DNA of 64,000 nucleotides, taken from positions 384,001 through 448,000 of the forward strand of contig CAVYNY010000020.1 of NCBI GenBank assembly GCA_963769935.1, given 5' to 3'. The translations under genes were made by a program, and so were the position numbers. The DNA comes from an uncultured delta proteobacterium. GTDB lineage: Bacteria; Desulfobacterota; Desulfobacteria; Desulfobacterales; JAFDCJ01. A model generated the notes under the pieces. It worked only from the letters and a program-made list of their open reading frames with translations, ran no database searches and had not been told where the DNA came from. Position 1 is the first letter of the stretch. Every line of letters begins with the position of its first letter. This document shows positions 41,335 to 51,098 of the stretch, in pieces.

Positions 41335-41660
41335 AAAAATGGATCACGGAGCATCCCTATTTTTGTACCAGTATCGTTTTCTTGATTATTATGATTGTCG
41401 GCTGGCAGGTGCTTTTCTGGCGAGCTGAAAATTTCATGTTCTTGCTGCTGCTGTATTTCATCGTCACGCTGGGTATTCGCCTCGATGATATATCCCGGAA
41501 AATGGGCAGCGGCGTGGACCGGCCCGAGGCCGGCCTCAGGGAAAAAGAAAGTATTATCAGTCTGCTGCATGATATCAAAATAACACTGCTGAGGCTGAAT
41601 ACGACGCTCAACAAGCAGTTGCGGGCTGCCGAGAAAGAAAGCGACGATTCCATAAAATAA
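41331..41660 (+). CDS. Small membrane protein, unknown function
   Basis: ATGA overlap with the ligase stop; two TM helices and coiled coil. Confidence 0.7.
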   Translation: MKKWITEHPYFCTSIVFLIIMIVGWQVLFWRAENFMFLLLLYFIVTLGIRLDDISRKMGSGVDRPEAGLREKESIISLLHDIKITLLRLNTTLNKQLRAAEKESDDSIK

Positions 41661-41966
41661 AACCCAGGTCGAGCTGAAAGCTCGATTTGGGTGGCTGTTG
41701 TCTGTTGTCTGTTGTGTGTTGTATGTGGTGTGTGGTTAAGAAGAATTTCATCGAGTATAAATTTTTCGACACCCCACCGCAAATCAGGGATTAATCTGCG
41801 GCGGCGGACCGTTTTTTAACCCCAACATTCCATTCCCCACTATTCAATCCCTCCAAATGCGGATCTTCCATCCAACGGCTTTCTTCAATTTTCAAAGAAC
41901 AGTTCACTATTCTGAATATGTCATGTTTCCGGGCGGATTAATCAGGGCGAAATCCCAATTTCAGGC

Positions 41967-42014
41967 TTGACATCCGTTTTTAGAACAGATAACCTTTATC
42001 CATCAACTGATGGA
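41967..42014 (+). promoter_or_regulatory. sigma70 promoter and TetR operator
   Basis: TTGACA-N17-TAACCT followed by perfect palindrome TCCATCA-AC-TGATGGA (41999-42014). Confidence 0.75.
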
Positions 42015-42073
42015 AACAATTGTTTGAACTAACCTGTTGAAAAATGGTCGAGGGGCAAAAAGGAGGATTGTAA

Positions 42074-42703
42074 ATGCCTTCCCGTCTTGAAAGGGCCCGC
42101 AATGATCCCACTTCAATGAAAGCCCGAATCCTCGCATCTGCCCGCCGGATATTCGGCGAATACGGCTACAACGATACCACGACCCGGATGATCGCCAAGG
42201 ATGTGGGAATCGACATTTCAACCCTCTATTATCACTGGGGCGAAAAACAGGATCTATATGAAGCGGTCATCATGGACATCAGCGAGGAGGTCCAGCAAAA
42301 ATTAAACGAAGTGGAAAAGCACGTCAGCGGCCTGTCGCTGACTAGCCGTCTTGAAATCGCGATCGATATGATGTGTGATTACCTGTTTTCCCATCCGGAG
42401 GTCTCAAATCTGATCCTTTTCGGATATTTCAACAAAACCCGCCACGGCGTCACCCTTGATATCAGAATGTCGAAATATGTGTCCAACATCGCTTTTGCAA
42501 TGGGCCTTTCAACGGATAAGGCGAATGTTTCAATCCAGGCTAAAGCCCGAATTCTGGCGGTTTGGAACACGGTCCTGAATTTCATCTCCGGTGAAAATTT
42601 TTTCAGGCCCATGCTGGATACCAACCGCGACGACTACATTAAGGTCGTTAAGGAGACGTTAAAATTTATCCTGGTACCGGCGTTTACGTCGAAAAACAAA
42701 TAA
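42074..42703 (+). CDS. TetR family regulator
   Basis: ILASARRIF..GY..TTTRMIAKDVGIDISTLYYHW.EK. Confidence 0.93.
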   Translation: MPSRLERARNDPTSMKARILASARRIFGEYGYNDTTTRMIAKDVGIDISTLYYHWGEKQDLYEAVIMDISEEVQQKLNEVEKHVSGLSLTSRLEIAIDMMCDYLFSHPEVSNLILFGYFNKTRHGVTLDIRMSKYVSNIAFAMGLSTDKANVSIQAKARILAVWNTVLNFISGENFFRPMLDTNRDDYIKVVKETLKFILVPAFTSKNK

Positions 42704-42755
42704 GGGAATTGATGGCGCCACAGTTTTGTCGGGAATTCAAAATGGACAAAATTTA

Positions 42756-42844
42756 ATCACGAAAGCACGAAAGGACGAAAGGACGAAAACACGAAAAGGG
42801 GACAGTATAATTTCGTGCTTTCTATATTTCGTGTTTTCGTGATG
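42756..42844. repeat. Family D inverted repeat
   Basis: ATCACGAAAGCACGAAAGGACGAAAGGACGAAAACACGAAA / TTTCGTGCTTTC..TTTCGTGTTTTCGTGAT. Confidence 0.75.
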
Positions 42845-42907
42845 AAAAAAAATTATTAAAATGTAAAAAAAATAAAAATTAAGACTAAAACAAAGGGAGG
42901 AAGCAAT

Positions 42908-45022
42908 ATGGCGCTCAACCTTGATGCGATCGGCAAAAAGATCGGTCCGTTCACCAAGGAATACTCCTGGAAAGACGTCGTCCTGTATGCGCTTGGCGTC
43001 GGGGCGGGGTTTTCCGACCTGGACTATTGCTATGAAAAAAACCTGAAGGTCATCCCCAGCTTCGGCATTACCACGATGTATGATTTTATGCCCCAGCTGG
43101 CAGCCACCAGCAATGTCAACCTGGCCGGCGTCCTGCACGGTGAGCAGGAACTCATTTTTCACAACCCGATTCCTGCGGAAGGGACGCTGACAACAGAAGG
43201 CAGCATCACGCATTGTTATGACAAAGGCCGGGAAAAAGGCGCTCTAGTGGTGGCCGAGTTTGAAACCTGGCACTCCAACGGCAAGAAATTGTTCACCAGC
43301 GTTGTGACAGTTTTCGCGCGTCTGGACGGCGGCTTCGGCGGTGAAAATGCGCCGGCCAAAGAGGTCGCTTTTCCGGACCGGGAGCCGGATTTCGTGGTTG
43401 AAGGCCAACCCGGTGAGGATCAACCGTTGATATACAGACTTTCCGGCGATGTCTTTCAGCTCCATGTCGACCAGGAGTTTGCCGAAATGTCAGGGTTTGA
43501 AAAGCCCATCATGCATGGGTTGTGCACGCATGGATATGCCTGCCGCGCCTTAATTGACAGCTTCATCCCCGGAGAACCTGAGAAAGCCAGGCGGCTCGAC
43601 TGCCGGTTTAAAAGGCCGCTATATCCCGGAATGCCCATCAAGACGGTCATCTGGAAAACCGCGGAGGGAAAAGCGTTGTGGAAGGTGATCAACGCTGCAA
43701 CCAACGAGGTGGTGATCGACAACGGTATCTTTGAATACGGCGACATTCCCAGGGAAAAAATTCGCTTTGACAACCGGGTGGCGATCGTCACCGGCGCCGG
43801 GGCCGGGCTTGGCCGTATCTATGCTCTGGAACTGGCGAAACGCGGCGCCAAGGTCGTGGTCAACGATCTGGGTGGTGCACGGGACGGCTCCGGCGGCGGC
43901 TCACAGGGACCGGCCGATAAGGTCGTCGATGAAATCAAGGCCTTGGGGGGTGCGGCAGTTCCAAACTACGACAGTGTGGCCACGGTCGAGGGCGGTGAAA
44001 ACATAGTAAAAACCGCCTTGGACGCTTTCGGCACGGTGGACATTGTGATCAACAATGCCGGCATCCTGCGTGACAAAAGCTTTTTGAAGATGGAGCCCGA
44101 AAACTGGCAGATCGTGCTGGATGTGCATTTAAACGGCGCCTACCATGTGTCGCGTCCTGCCTTTGACGTCATGAAGGAGAAGGGCTATGGCCGCATTCTA
44201 ATGACGACCTCGGCGGCCGGTCTATACGGCAATTTCGGTCAGACCAACTACACGGCCGCCAAGATGGGCGTGGTCGGTCTGATGAACACCCTCAAGCTGG
44301 AAGGCGAGAAATACAACATCAGGGTCAATACCATCGCACCGGTGGCCGCCTCGCGTCTGACCGGAGATATTTTGCCGCCGGATTTTTTGGACAAATTGAA
44401 ACCGGAGCTGGTGGCGCCCATGGCATTGTACCTGGTTTCGGAGCAATGCCCGGTGAGCGGCAATATTTACAATGTCGGCATGGGATATATCAACCGGGCC
44501 GCGATTGTCACCGGTCCCGGAGCGGTTGTCGGAAACGGCAAGGAAATTCCCGCGCCGGAGCAGCTTCTGGGACAATGGGAAAAGATAACTTCCCTGAAGA
44601 AGGCCAGAGAATATCGGAATGCTACCGAGCAAATCGGAGATTTGCTGACGACATTTTCACAGCCGGCAGCGGCGGCCGCTGAAGCCGGCCGGGGATTTGC
44701 GGCGGCCGCCGAAGTCTTTGATGCCATGCCGGGGGCCTTTGCGGCCGACGCCGGCGCCGGGGTGGATGTTGTGTTCCAGTTCAATCTTTCCGGTGACAAA
44801 GGCGGCGACTGGTTCAGCGTCATCAAGGGCGGACGCTGCCGGGTGGAGGCCGGCACCCATGAAAAACCGGGCTGTACCCTGAAAATGGCGGCTGCGGATT
44901 TTATTGATCTGATGAACGGTAAACTGCCGGCCATGCAGGCCTACACCTCGGGCAAACTAAAAATCGAGGGCGACATCATGAAGTCGCAGCTGATAGAGAA
45001 ACTTTTTAAATTTAGCTTTTGA
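42908..45022 (+). CDS. Fusion: enoyl-CoA hydratase 2 (double MaoC) + (3R)-hydroxyacyl-CoA dehydrogenase SDR + SCP2
   Basis: LYALGVG, LHGEQ, YRLSGDVFQLHVD..PIMHGLCT; TGAGAGLG, NNAGILRD, NYTAAK; C-terminal GKLKIEGD. Confidence 0.9.
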   Translation: MALNLDAIGKKIGPFTKEYSWKDVVLYALGVGAGFSDLDYCYEKNLKVIPSFGITTMYDFMPQLAATSNVNLAGVLHGEQELIFHNPIPAEGTLTTEGSITHCYDKGREKGALVVAEFETWHSNGKKLFTSVVTVFARLDGGFGGENAPAKEVAFPDREPDFVVEGQPGEDQPLIYRLSGDVFQLHVDQEFAEMSGFEKPIMHGLCTHGYACRALIDSFIPGEPEKARRLDCRFKRPLYPGMPIKTVIWKTAEGKALWKVINAATNEVVIDNGIFEYGDIPREKIRFDNRVAIVTGAGAGLGRIYALELAKRGAKVVVNDLGGARDGSGGGSQGPADKVVDEIKALGGAAVPNYDSVATVEGGENIVKTALDAFGTVDIVINNAGILRDKSFLKMEPENWQIVLDVHLNGAYHVSRPAFDVMKEKGYGRILMTTSAAGLYGNFGQTNYTAAKMGVVGLMNTLKLEGEKYNIRVNTIAPVAASRLTGDILPPDFLDKLKPELVAPMALYLVSEQCPVSGNIYNVGMGYINRAAIVTGPGAVVGNGKEIPAPEQLLGQWEKITSLKKAREYRNATEQIGDLLTTFSQPAAAAAEAGRGFAAAAEVFDAMPGAFAADAGAGVDVVFQFNLSGDKGGDWFSVIKGGRCRVEAGTHEKPGCTLKMAAADFIDLMNGKLPAMQAYTSGKLKIEGDIMKSQLIEKLFKFSF

Positions 45023-45095
45023 ATTGGGATTGCCGGATGAATTAATTTCAATCCGCATTCCGAAATCCGACAATCGAGTAAAGGAGAAAATAACG

Positions 45096-47825
45096 ATGAT
45101 CGGCATTACTTCATACGGCGCATATATTCCACGGTTGAGATTGGACCGGATGGCAATCTTTCAGGCCATGGGCTGGTTTGCACCGGCGATTATGATGGTG
45201 GCCCAGGGCGAGCGATCCATGTGCAACTGGGATGAAGATGCAATTACCATGGCGGTGGCGGCCTCGCGTGACTGCCTGAAGGGGATGGACAAAACGAACC
45301 TGGATGCCCTGTATCTGGCCTCCACCACCCTGCCGTTTGCCGACCGGCAAAATGCCGGAATTGTGTCGGCGGCGCTGAATCTCCGCGAAGAATTTGTCAC
45401 GGCGGATTTTACCGCTTCCCAGAAGGCTGCGACCACGGCGCTGATCACGGCCTTTGAATCCGTCTTAAGCGGTGAGAAGCATAATATCCTGGTGACGGCC
45501 AGTGACCGGCGCGAAACGAAAACCGCCTATTTTTATGAAATGTGGTTCGGCGACGGTGCGGCTGCGCTGATGGTGGGCGATACCGACGTAATTGCCGAGT
45601 ACAAGGGTTCCTACTCGCTGTCCGCTGATTTTGTCGACCACTATCGGGGGGCCGGCCAAAAATACGACTATGTCTGGGAAGAGCGCTGGACCAGGGATGC
45701 GGGTTACGGTACCTTCATTCCCCGGGTAGTCAAGGGTCTTTTTGACAAACTGGGGATTACCATGGATGACGTCGACAAACTGGCGTTTCCCTGCTTTTTC
45801 AAAGGCGACCATGTTAAAATTGCCCGCGGGCTCGGGGCCGGGCCCGACAAACTGGTGGACAACATGCATGAAGTCTGCGGTGAAACCGGTGCGGCGCACT
45901 CCTTTATGATGTTTATTGCAGCCCTGGAACAGGCCAGACCCGGGGACCGGATTCTGATGTGCGGATTCGGGCAGGGGGCCAACGCGGTGTATTTTGAGGT
46001 TACCGAAAATATTGCCCGGCTACCCGGGCGCAATGGCGTTGCCGGAGCTTTGGCCAACAAGAAATCCATCGCCAACTACCACAAATGGCTGAAATTCAGG
46101 GATTTGATAAAAACCGAAATGGGAATCCGGGCCGAAGCGCCCACCCAAACGGCCACCACGGTCCTGTGGCGCAAAAATAAGATGATTTTGGGACTGGTGG
46201 GCGGCAAATGCCGCGAATGCGGCACCCCCCAGTTTCCGAAATCCGATATCTGCGTCAATCCCGGCTGCGGCGCTTTCTACAGCCAGGATGACTATGAATT
46301 CGCCGATGTTCCGGCCAAAGTCAAGACCTTTACCGGCGATATGCTGGCCGTCTCGGTGGATCCACCTGCGATTTACGGCATGGTGCAGTTTGAAGGCGGC
46401 GGCCGCCTGATGGCGGATTTTAGCGACTGCGAACTGGACGACATTAAAGTCGGGCTGCCGGTCAATATGGTATTCAAATGCAAGGGCGTCGACAAGGAGC
46501 GCGGGTTTGTCAACTATTTCTGGAAAGCGGTGCCGGTGCCCGGTGCGGCCGCCGAGGCGGATAAAATCCGCTTTGATGACCGGGTGGCGATTGTCACCGG
46601 CGCCGGCGCAGGACTCGGCCGTGTTTATGCCCTTGAACTGGCGCAGCGCGGAGCCAAAGTTGTCGTCAACGACCTGGGCGGCGCCCGTGACGGCAGCGGC
46701 CAAGGCTCTGCTTCTCCGGCCGATCAGGTGGTGGCGGAAATCAAACAGCGCGGGGGTGAGGCGGTGGCCAATTACGATAATGTGGCCACCCCCCGGGGCG
46801 GTGAAAATATCGTTAAAACCGCCCTGGACGCCTTCGGCCGGTTGGACATCCTGATCAACAACGCCGGTATCCTGCGGGACAAGAGTTTTTCAAAGATGGT
46901 GCCTGAAAACTGGCATGCGGTTATTAACGTCCATTTAAACGGCGCCTTCAACGTAACGCGCCCGGCCATGGCGGCTATGAAGGAAAACGGGTACGGACGC
47001 ATTGTCATGACCACTTCGGCGGCCGGCCTTTACGGCAATTTCGGACAGACCAACTATTCGGCGGCGAAAATGGCCGTGGTCGGACTGATGAACACCTTGA
47101 AGCTGGAAGGTAAAAAATACAACATCAAAGTCAATACCGTCGCTCCCATCGCGGCCTCCAGACTTACCGAAGATGTAATGCCGCCGGATTTATTTGAAAA
47201 GTCCAAACCGGAATTCGTCTCCCCCATGGTATTGTATCTTTGCAGTGAGCGCTGCCGCGAAACCGGCGCGATTTTCAACAGCGGCATGGGTTATTTTAAC
47301 CGGACGGCGGTATTCACCGGGCCAGCAACCCAGCTGGGTGATCTTGAAAATCCGCCCACTCCCGAGCGAATTCACGAGAACTGGAAAAAGATCAATTCCC
47401 TGGAAGGCGCCCGGGAAATGGAAGATGCCAATGCGGCCATCCTGGCGCTCATCATGCCCCCGGACGAAAAAGCAGACCAAGCAGCGGAATCAGCCGACGC
47501 CGGCGGCAGTGTCCAGGCAATTTTCAAAGGCATGGCCGCAAGCTTCAAAGTGGAAGCCGCCGCCGGGATTGACGTGGTGTTCCAGTTCAATATCTCGGGC
47601 GAAGGCGGCGGCGACTGGTTTTGTGTGATCAAAGACGGCAGCTGCAGAATTGAGGTGGGGGCCCACGAAAAGCCGGCCTGTACGATCAATATGGCAGCCG
47701 GGGATTTTCTGGCCATGATGGGCGGCAAGCTGCCGGCCATGCAGGCGTTTACCTCCGGCAAGCTTAAGATCGAAGGGGATGTGATGAAGAGCCAGCTGCT
47801 GGAGAAGTTGTTTAAGATAGGTTAG
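45096..47825 (+). CDS. Fusion: HMG-CoA-synthase-like + DUF35 (Zn-ribbon/OB) + SDR + SCP2
   Basis: GITSYGAYIPRLRL, DEDAITMA, GDGAAA, CGETGAA; CREC..C..PGC and OB fold; TGAGAGLG, NYSAAK; GKLKIEGD. Confidence 0.88.
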   Translation: MIGITSYGAYIPRLRLDRMAIFQAMGWFAPAIMMVAQGERSMCNWDEDAITMAVAASRDCLKGMDKTNLDALYLASTTLPFADRQNAGIVSAALNLREEFVTADFTASQKAATTALITAFESVLSGEKHNILVTASDRRETKTAYFYEMWFGDGAAALMVGDTDVIAEYKGSYSLSADFVDHYRGAGQKYDYVWEERWTRDAGYGTFIPRVVKGLFDKLGITMDDVDKLAFPCFFKGDHVKIARGLGAGPDKLVDNMHEVCGETGAAHSFMMFIAALEQARPGDRILMCGFGQGANAVYFEVTENIARLPGRNGVAGALANKKSIANYHKWLKFRDLIKTEMGIRAEAPTQTATTVLWRKNKMILGLVGGKCRECGTPQFPKSDICVNPGCGAFYSQDDYEFADVPAKVKTFTGDMLAVSVDPPAIYGMVQFEGGGRLMADFSDCELDDIKVGLPVNMVFKCKGVDKERGFVNYFWKAVPVPGAAAEADKIRFDDRVAIVTGAGAGLGRVYALELAQRGAKVVVNDLGGARDGSGQGSASPADQVVAEIKQRGGEAVANYDNVATPRGGENIVKTALDAFGRLDILINNAGILRDKSFSKMVPENWHAVINVHLNGAFNVTRPAMAAMKENGYGRIVMTTSAAGLYGNFGQTNYSAAKMAVVGLMNTLKLEGKKYNIKVNTVAPIAASRLTEDVMPPDLFEKSKPEFVSPMVLYLCSERCRETGAIFNSGMGYFNRTAVFTGPATQLGDLENPPTPERIHENWKKINSLEGAREMEDANAAILALIMPPDEKADQAAESADAGGSVQAIFKGMAASFKVEAAAGIDVVFQFNISGEGGGDWFCVIKDGSCRIEVGAHEKPACTINMAAGDFLAMMGGKLPAMQAFTSGKLKIEGDVMKSQLLEKLFKIG

Positions 47826-47829
47826 AAAA

Positions 47830-47955
47830 AGGTTTAGAGGTTTGGGGCTTCGTCCTTCGGACTACGACCCCACACGCAGGGTTCAACGGTTCTGGGTTCA
47901 GAGGTTAATGGAAAAATCCCAACCCAGAACGGTGAACCTTGAACCTGTGAACGCA
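47830..47955. repeat. GGTTCAG/TGAACC heptad inverted repeat with nested short REP
   Basis: GGCTTCGTCCTTCGGACTACGACCCCACACGCAG inside a GGTTC.. run; TGAACCTTGAACC opposite arm. Confidence 0.65.
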
Positions 47956-48012
47956 TACAGTTAACCTTTTAACAAAAAAATTATTTTATATAATTTTTCC
48001 GGAGGAAAAATT

Positions 48013-49215
48013 ATGGCCACAGGAATAAAAGACAAGGTTGCAATTATTGGTATGGGCTGCACCCGCTTCGGCGAGCGCTGGGATGTGGGCGCCGAAGAAC
48101 TAATGGTGGAAGCCTTCAAGGAGTGCATCGAGGATGCCGGCATCGAAAAGAAGGAAATCGGGGCCGCCTGGCTGGGGACCTGTTTTGACAGCATCAATGT
48201 CGGGCGCAGTGCGCTGCCCCTGTCATTGACGCTGCGGCTGCCGAATATACCGGTAACCCGGGTTGAAAATTTTTGTGCCACCGGCACCGAAGCTTTTCGG
48301 GGCGCCTGCTATGCAGTTGCCTCCGGCGCCTATGACATCGCTCTGGCTATGGGAGTTGAAAAACTAAAAGACACCGGTTACGGCGGTCTGCCCAGCTTCG
48401 TGGGCTCCGACTCGGGCAGCCTGAACTGGCAATGGTTTCCGAACATGACGGCGCCCGGTGCCTTTGCCCAGCTGGCCAGTGCTTACGCCGCCAAATATAA
48501 GATTTCCGATCAGGATTTAAAGCGGGCCATGGCGCATGTGTCGGCCAAGAGCCATGCCAACGGTGTCCTGAATCCCAAAGCCCATTTACGCAAAGCCGTG
48601 ACCGAGGATCAGATTATGGCGGCTCCCATTATCGCTCACCCCCTGGGATTGTTCGATTGCTGCGGTGTCAGCGACGGTGCGGCCTGCGCCATCGTGACTA
48701 CGCCGGAAAAAGCCAAAGCGCTTGGCAAAAAGGATTTTATCAGCGTCAAGGCGCTCCAGCTGGCCTTGAGCTCCGGCGAGGAGATGGGATACAACGATTG
48801 GGATGGCGATCATTTCGTCACCACCAGCAAATGCAGCGTTCAAGCCTACAAGGAAGCCGGGATTGCCGATCCCAAAGAAGAGATCAGCATGATGGAGGTG
48901 CACGATTGTTTTTCCATCACGGAGCTGGTCACCATGGAGGATCTTCATATCTCCGAAAGGGGACAGGCGTATAAGGATGTCATGGACGGCATGTTCGACC
49001 GCAACGGCAAGACCCCATGCCAGGTGGACGGCGGCTTAAAGTGTTTCGGCCATCCCATCGGGGCATCGGGCTTGCGAATGCTGTACGAAATGTATTTGCA
49101 ATTTTACGGCCTGGCCGGGGCGCGCCAGATCGAAGATCCCAGATTCGGACTCACCCATAACCTGGGCGGCTTTCCGGCCATGAATGTTTGCAGCATCTCG
49201 ATCGTCGGCAAATAA
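48013..49215 (+). CDS. SCPx-type thiolase
   Basis: ENFCATG nucleophile, SDGAAC, EVHDCF, GHPIGASG and HNLGG. Confidence 0.92.
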   Translation: MATGIKDKVAIIGMGCTRFGERWDVGAEELMVEAFKECIEDAGIEKKEIGAAWLGTCFDSINVGRSALPLSLTLRLPNIPVTRVENFCATGTEAFRGACYAVASGAYDIALAMGVEKLKDTGYGGLPSFVGSDSGSLNWQWFPNMTAPGAFAQLASAYAAKYKISDQDLKRAMAHVSAKSHANGVLNPKAHLRKAVTEDQIMAAPIIAHPLGLFDCCGVSDGAACAIVTTPEKAKALGKKDFISVKALQLALSSGEEMGYNDWDGDHFVTTSKCSVQAYKEAGIADPKEEISMMEVHDCFSITELVTMEDLHISERGQAYKDVMDGMFDRNGKTPCQVDGGLKCFGHPIGASGLRMLYEMYLQFYGLAGARQIEDPRFGLTHNLGGFPAMNVCSISIVGK

Positions 49216-49450
49216 GGCGAATCGATAGGCATTCGGCGAAGGTGCTCGCGGAGCGTCCCTGCGGGCTTGAGAGCTCAGGCTGAAAAAGCTCACAGCTAGC
49301 TCAAGAAAAGCAATCCACAGACTATCAGCCATCAGCGATGAGCTATCACTGGTTCCTTCTACCTAAGCGCAGCGTTCGCGTGAAACGCTCATCGAGCGAG
49401 CGCTCCTTCAGCGCAGTTCTTACGGTAAAGTATGTAATAAAACGAATTCA

Positions 49451-50593
49451 ATGGAAATACTCAGCTATACCGAGGAGCATAACTTTTTTCGTGAACGGCT
49501 GCGGTCCTTTTTAGCCGAAGAGGTGGCGCCTTTTGCCGACCGGTGGGAAGAAGAAAAGATCATACCCAAAAGTGTCTGGCAAAAAATGGGCCGGGGCGGA
49601 TTCTTGTGCACCGATGTTGCACCGGAATACGGCGGCCTGGGAGGTGATTTCTTATATTCCCTGATTGTGGCCGAGGAGATGACCAGAACCCGGCAAACCG
49701 GATTGGCAACTCCGCTGCACAGCGACATCGTCGTTCCCTATATCAGCGCTTTCGGTTCGGAAGAATTGAAGCATAAATATCTGCCCGGATGTGTCTCCGG
49801 TGACATCGTTACGGCGGTGGCCATGACGGAGCCCGGTGCCGGCAGCGATCTGGCAGGAATAACCACGGCCGCAGTGGAGGAGGGGGCTGAAGTCGTGTTG
49901 AACGGTTCCAAAACGTTTATTTCAAACGGACTCAACGCGGATCTGGTTGTGGTGGCCGCCAGGGATCCGGACGTGGAAAACCCATATGAAGCCTTGTCTT
50001 TGTACCTGGTTGAATCCGGGACCCCCGGTTTTACGCGTGGGCGTCACCTCGAAAAAATGGGTATGTGGAGCCAGGATACGGCCGAGCTTTTTTTCTCTAA
50101 ATGCCGCATCCCCAGAGAAAATCGTCTCGGTGAAAAGGGGATGGGGTTTTTGATGCTGATGGATAAGCTTCAGCAGGAACGGCTGATGTGCGCCATCATG
50201 GCGGTTGCCGGTGCTGAGTTTATTCTGGAGTGGATTACGGATTACTGCAAGCAGACTTCTATTTCGGGCAAGCCCCTTTCCAAATCCCAGGCAGTGCAGT
50301 TTGCGCTGGTGGAAATGACCACGGATGTGAAGCTTGGCCGAACATTTGTTGAAAAACTGATCGCCGATCACATGGAGAAAATGGCAATCATCGTTGAAAC
50401 TTCCATGGCCAAATATTGGACGACGGAGATGCTGAACCGGCTTGCCAACCGTGCCCTCGATCTGTGCGGCGATTTTGCCATGTCGGAAAAATGCCCCATC
50501 GTCAGAGCCTGGCGGGATGCCAGGATCATGACCATCTTTGCCGGGACGAATGAGATTATGAAGAACATTGCGGCCAAGTTTATGGGACTGTGA
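49451..50593 (+). CDS. Acyl-CoA dehydrogenase (LCAD-type)
   Basis: AMTEPGAGSD, NGSKTFISNG, LQQERL and IFAGTNEIMK. Confidence 0.95.
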   Translation: MEILSYTEEHNFFRERLRSFLAEEVAPFADRWEEEKIIPKSVWQKMGRGGFLCTDVAPEYGGLGGDFLYSLIVAEEMTRTRQTGLATPLHSDIVVPYISAFGSEELKHKYLPGCVSGDIVTAVAMTEPGAGSDLAGITTAAVEEGAEVVLNGSKTFISNGLNADLVVVAARDPDVENPYEALSLYLVESGTPGFTRGRHLEKMGMWSQDTAELFFSKCRIPRENRLGEKGMGFLMLMDKLQQERLMCAIMAVAGAEFILEWITDYCKQTSISGKPLSKSQAVQFALVEMTTDVKLGRTFVEKLIADHMEKMAIIVETSMAKYWTTEMLNRLANRALDLCGDFAMSEKCPIVRAWRDARIMTIFAGTNEIMKNIAAKFMGL

Positions 50594-51022
50594 AGACAGA
50601 GGTCGGATGACAGAGGACAGAGAAAAGATGGCAGAGGTCAGAGTCAAGAGTATAGTTGTCGGGTTTCAGCCCGCCCTGGTGCGACATATGGGATTTTTTA
50701 TTTGAGCTGCTGGTGATTCCAATAATGTCTTCCCCTTCAAATTCATACAAGGACAGGTCTGGGCCAGGGGTGTCAGCGAGGAAAAGGCGTTGGAGCAGAG
50801 AGCATAAAGCATAGCGTCGATAGAGAGGACCCGCCGCCGCCCTCCGGGCTATGGCGCGGCAAGCAGAGAACATATTAGAAACTATAGTTATTGGTTATTG
50901 GTTTGCAAATCAACTCAATCAATCAACAACGATCTCAACGATCATAACGATCTCAACCTATCAACTATGAGCTATAAACTATGAGCTATCAACTATGAAC
51001 CATGAACCATGAACTATCAACA
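50594..51022. repeat. Composite periodic repeats related to family A
   Basis: GACAGAG run, GCATAGCG, tandem AACGATCTC 9-mers and AACTATG/AGCTATC heptads. Confidence 0.7.
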
Positions 51023-51098
51023 TTCGGATTTATAGCTGTGGATTCGATCTACTAAAATTTTAAGCAAATGATATTTTGGTGACCCACGAGGGGGCGGA

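Noticed and set aside
45096..46100. Mevalonate-pathway HMG-CoA synthase
   Set aside because: The catalytic Cys appears absent and there are no mevalonate genes in the window.
50900..51022. Tandem short repeats as a CRISPR array
   Set aside because: Units are 7-9 nt with no unique spacers, and no cas genes are present.
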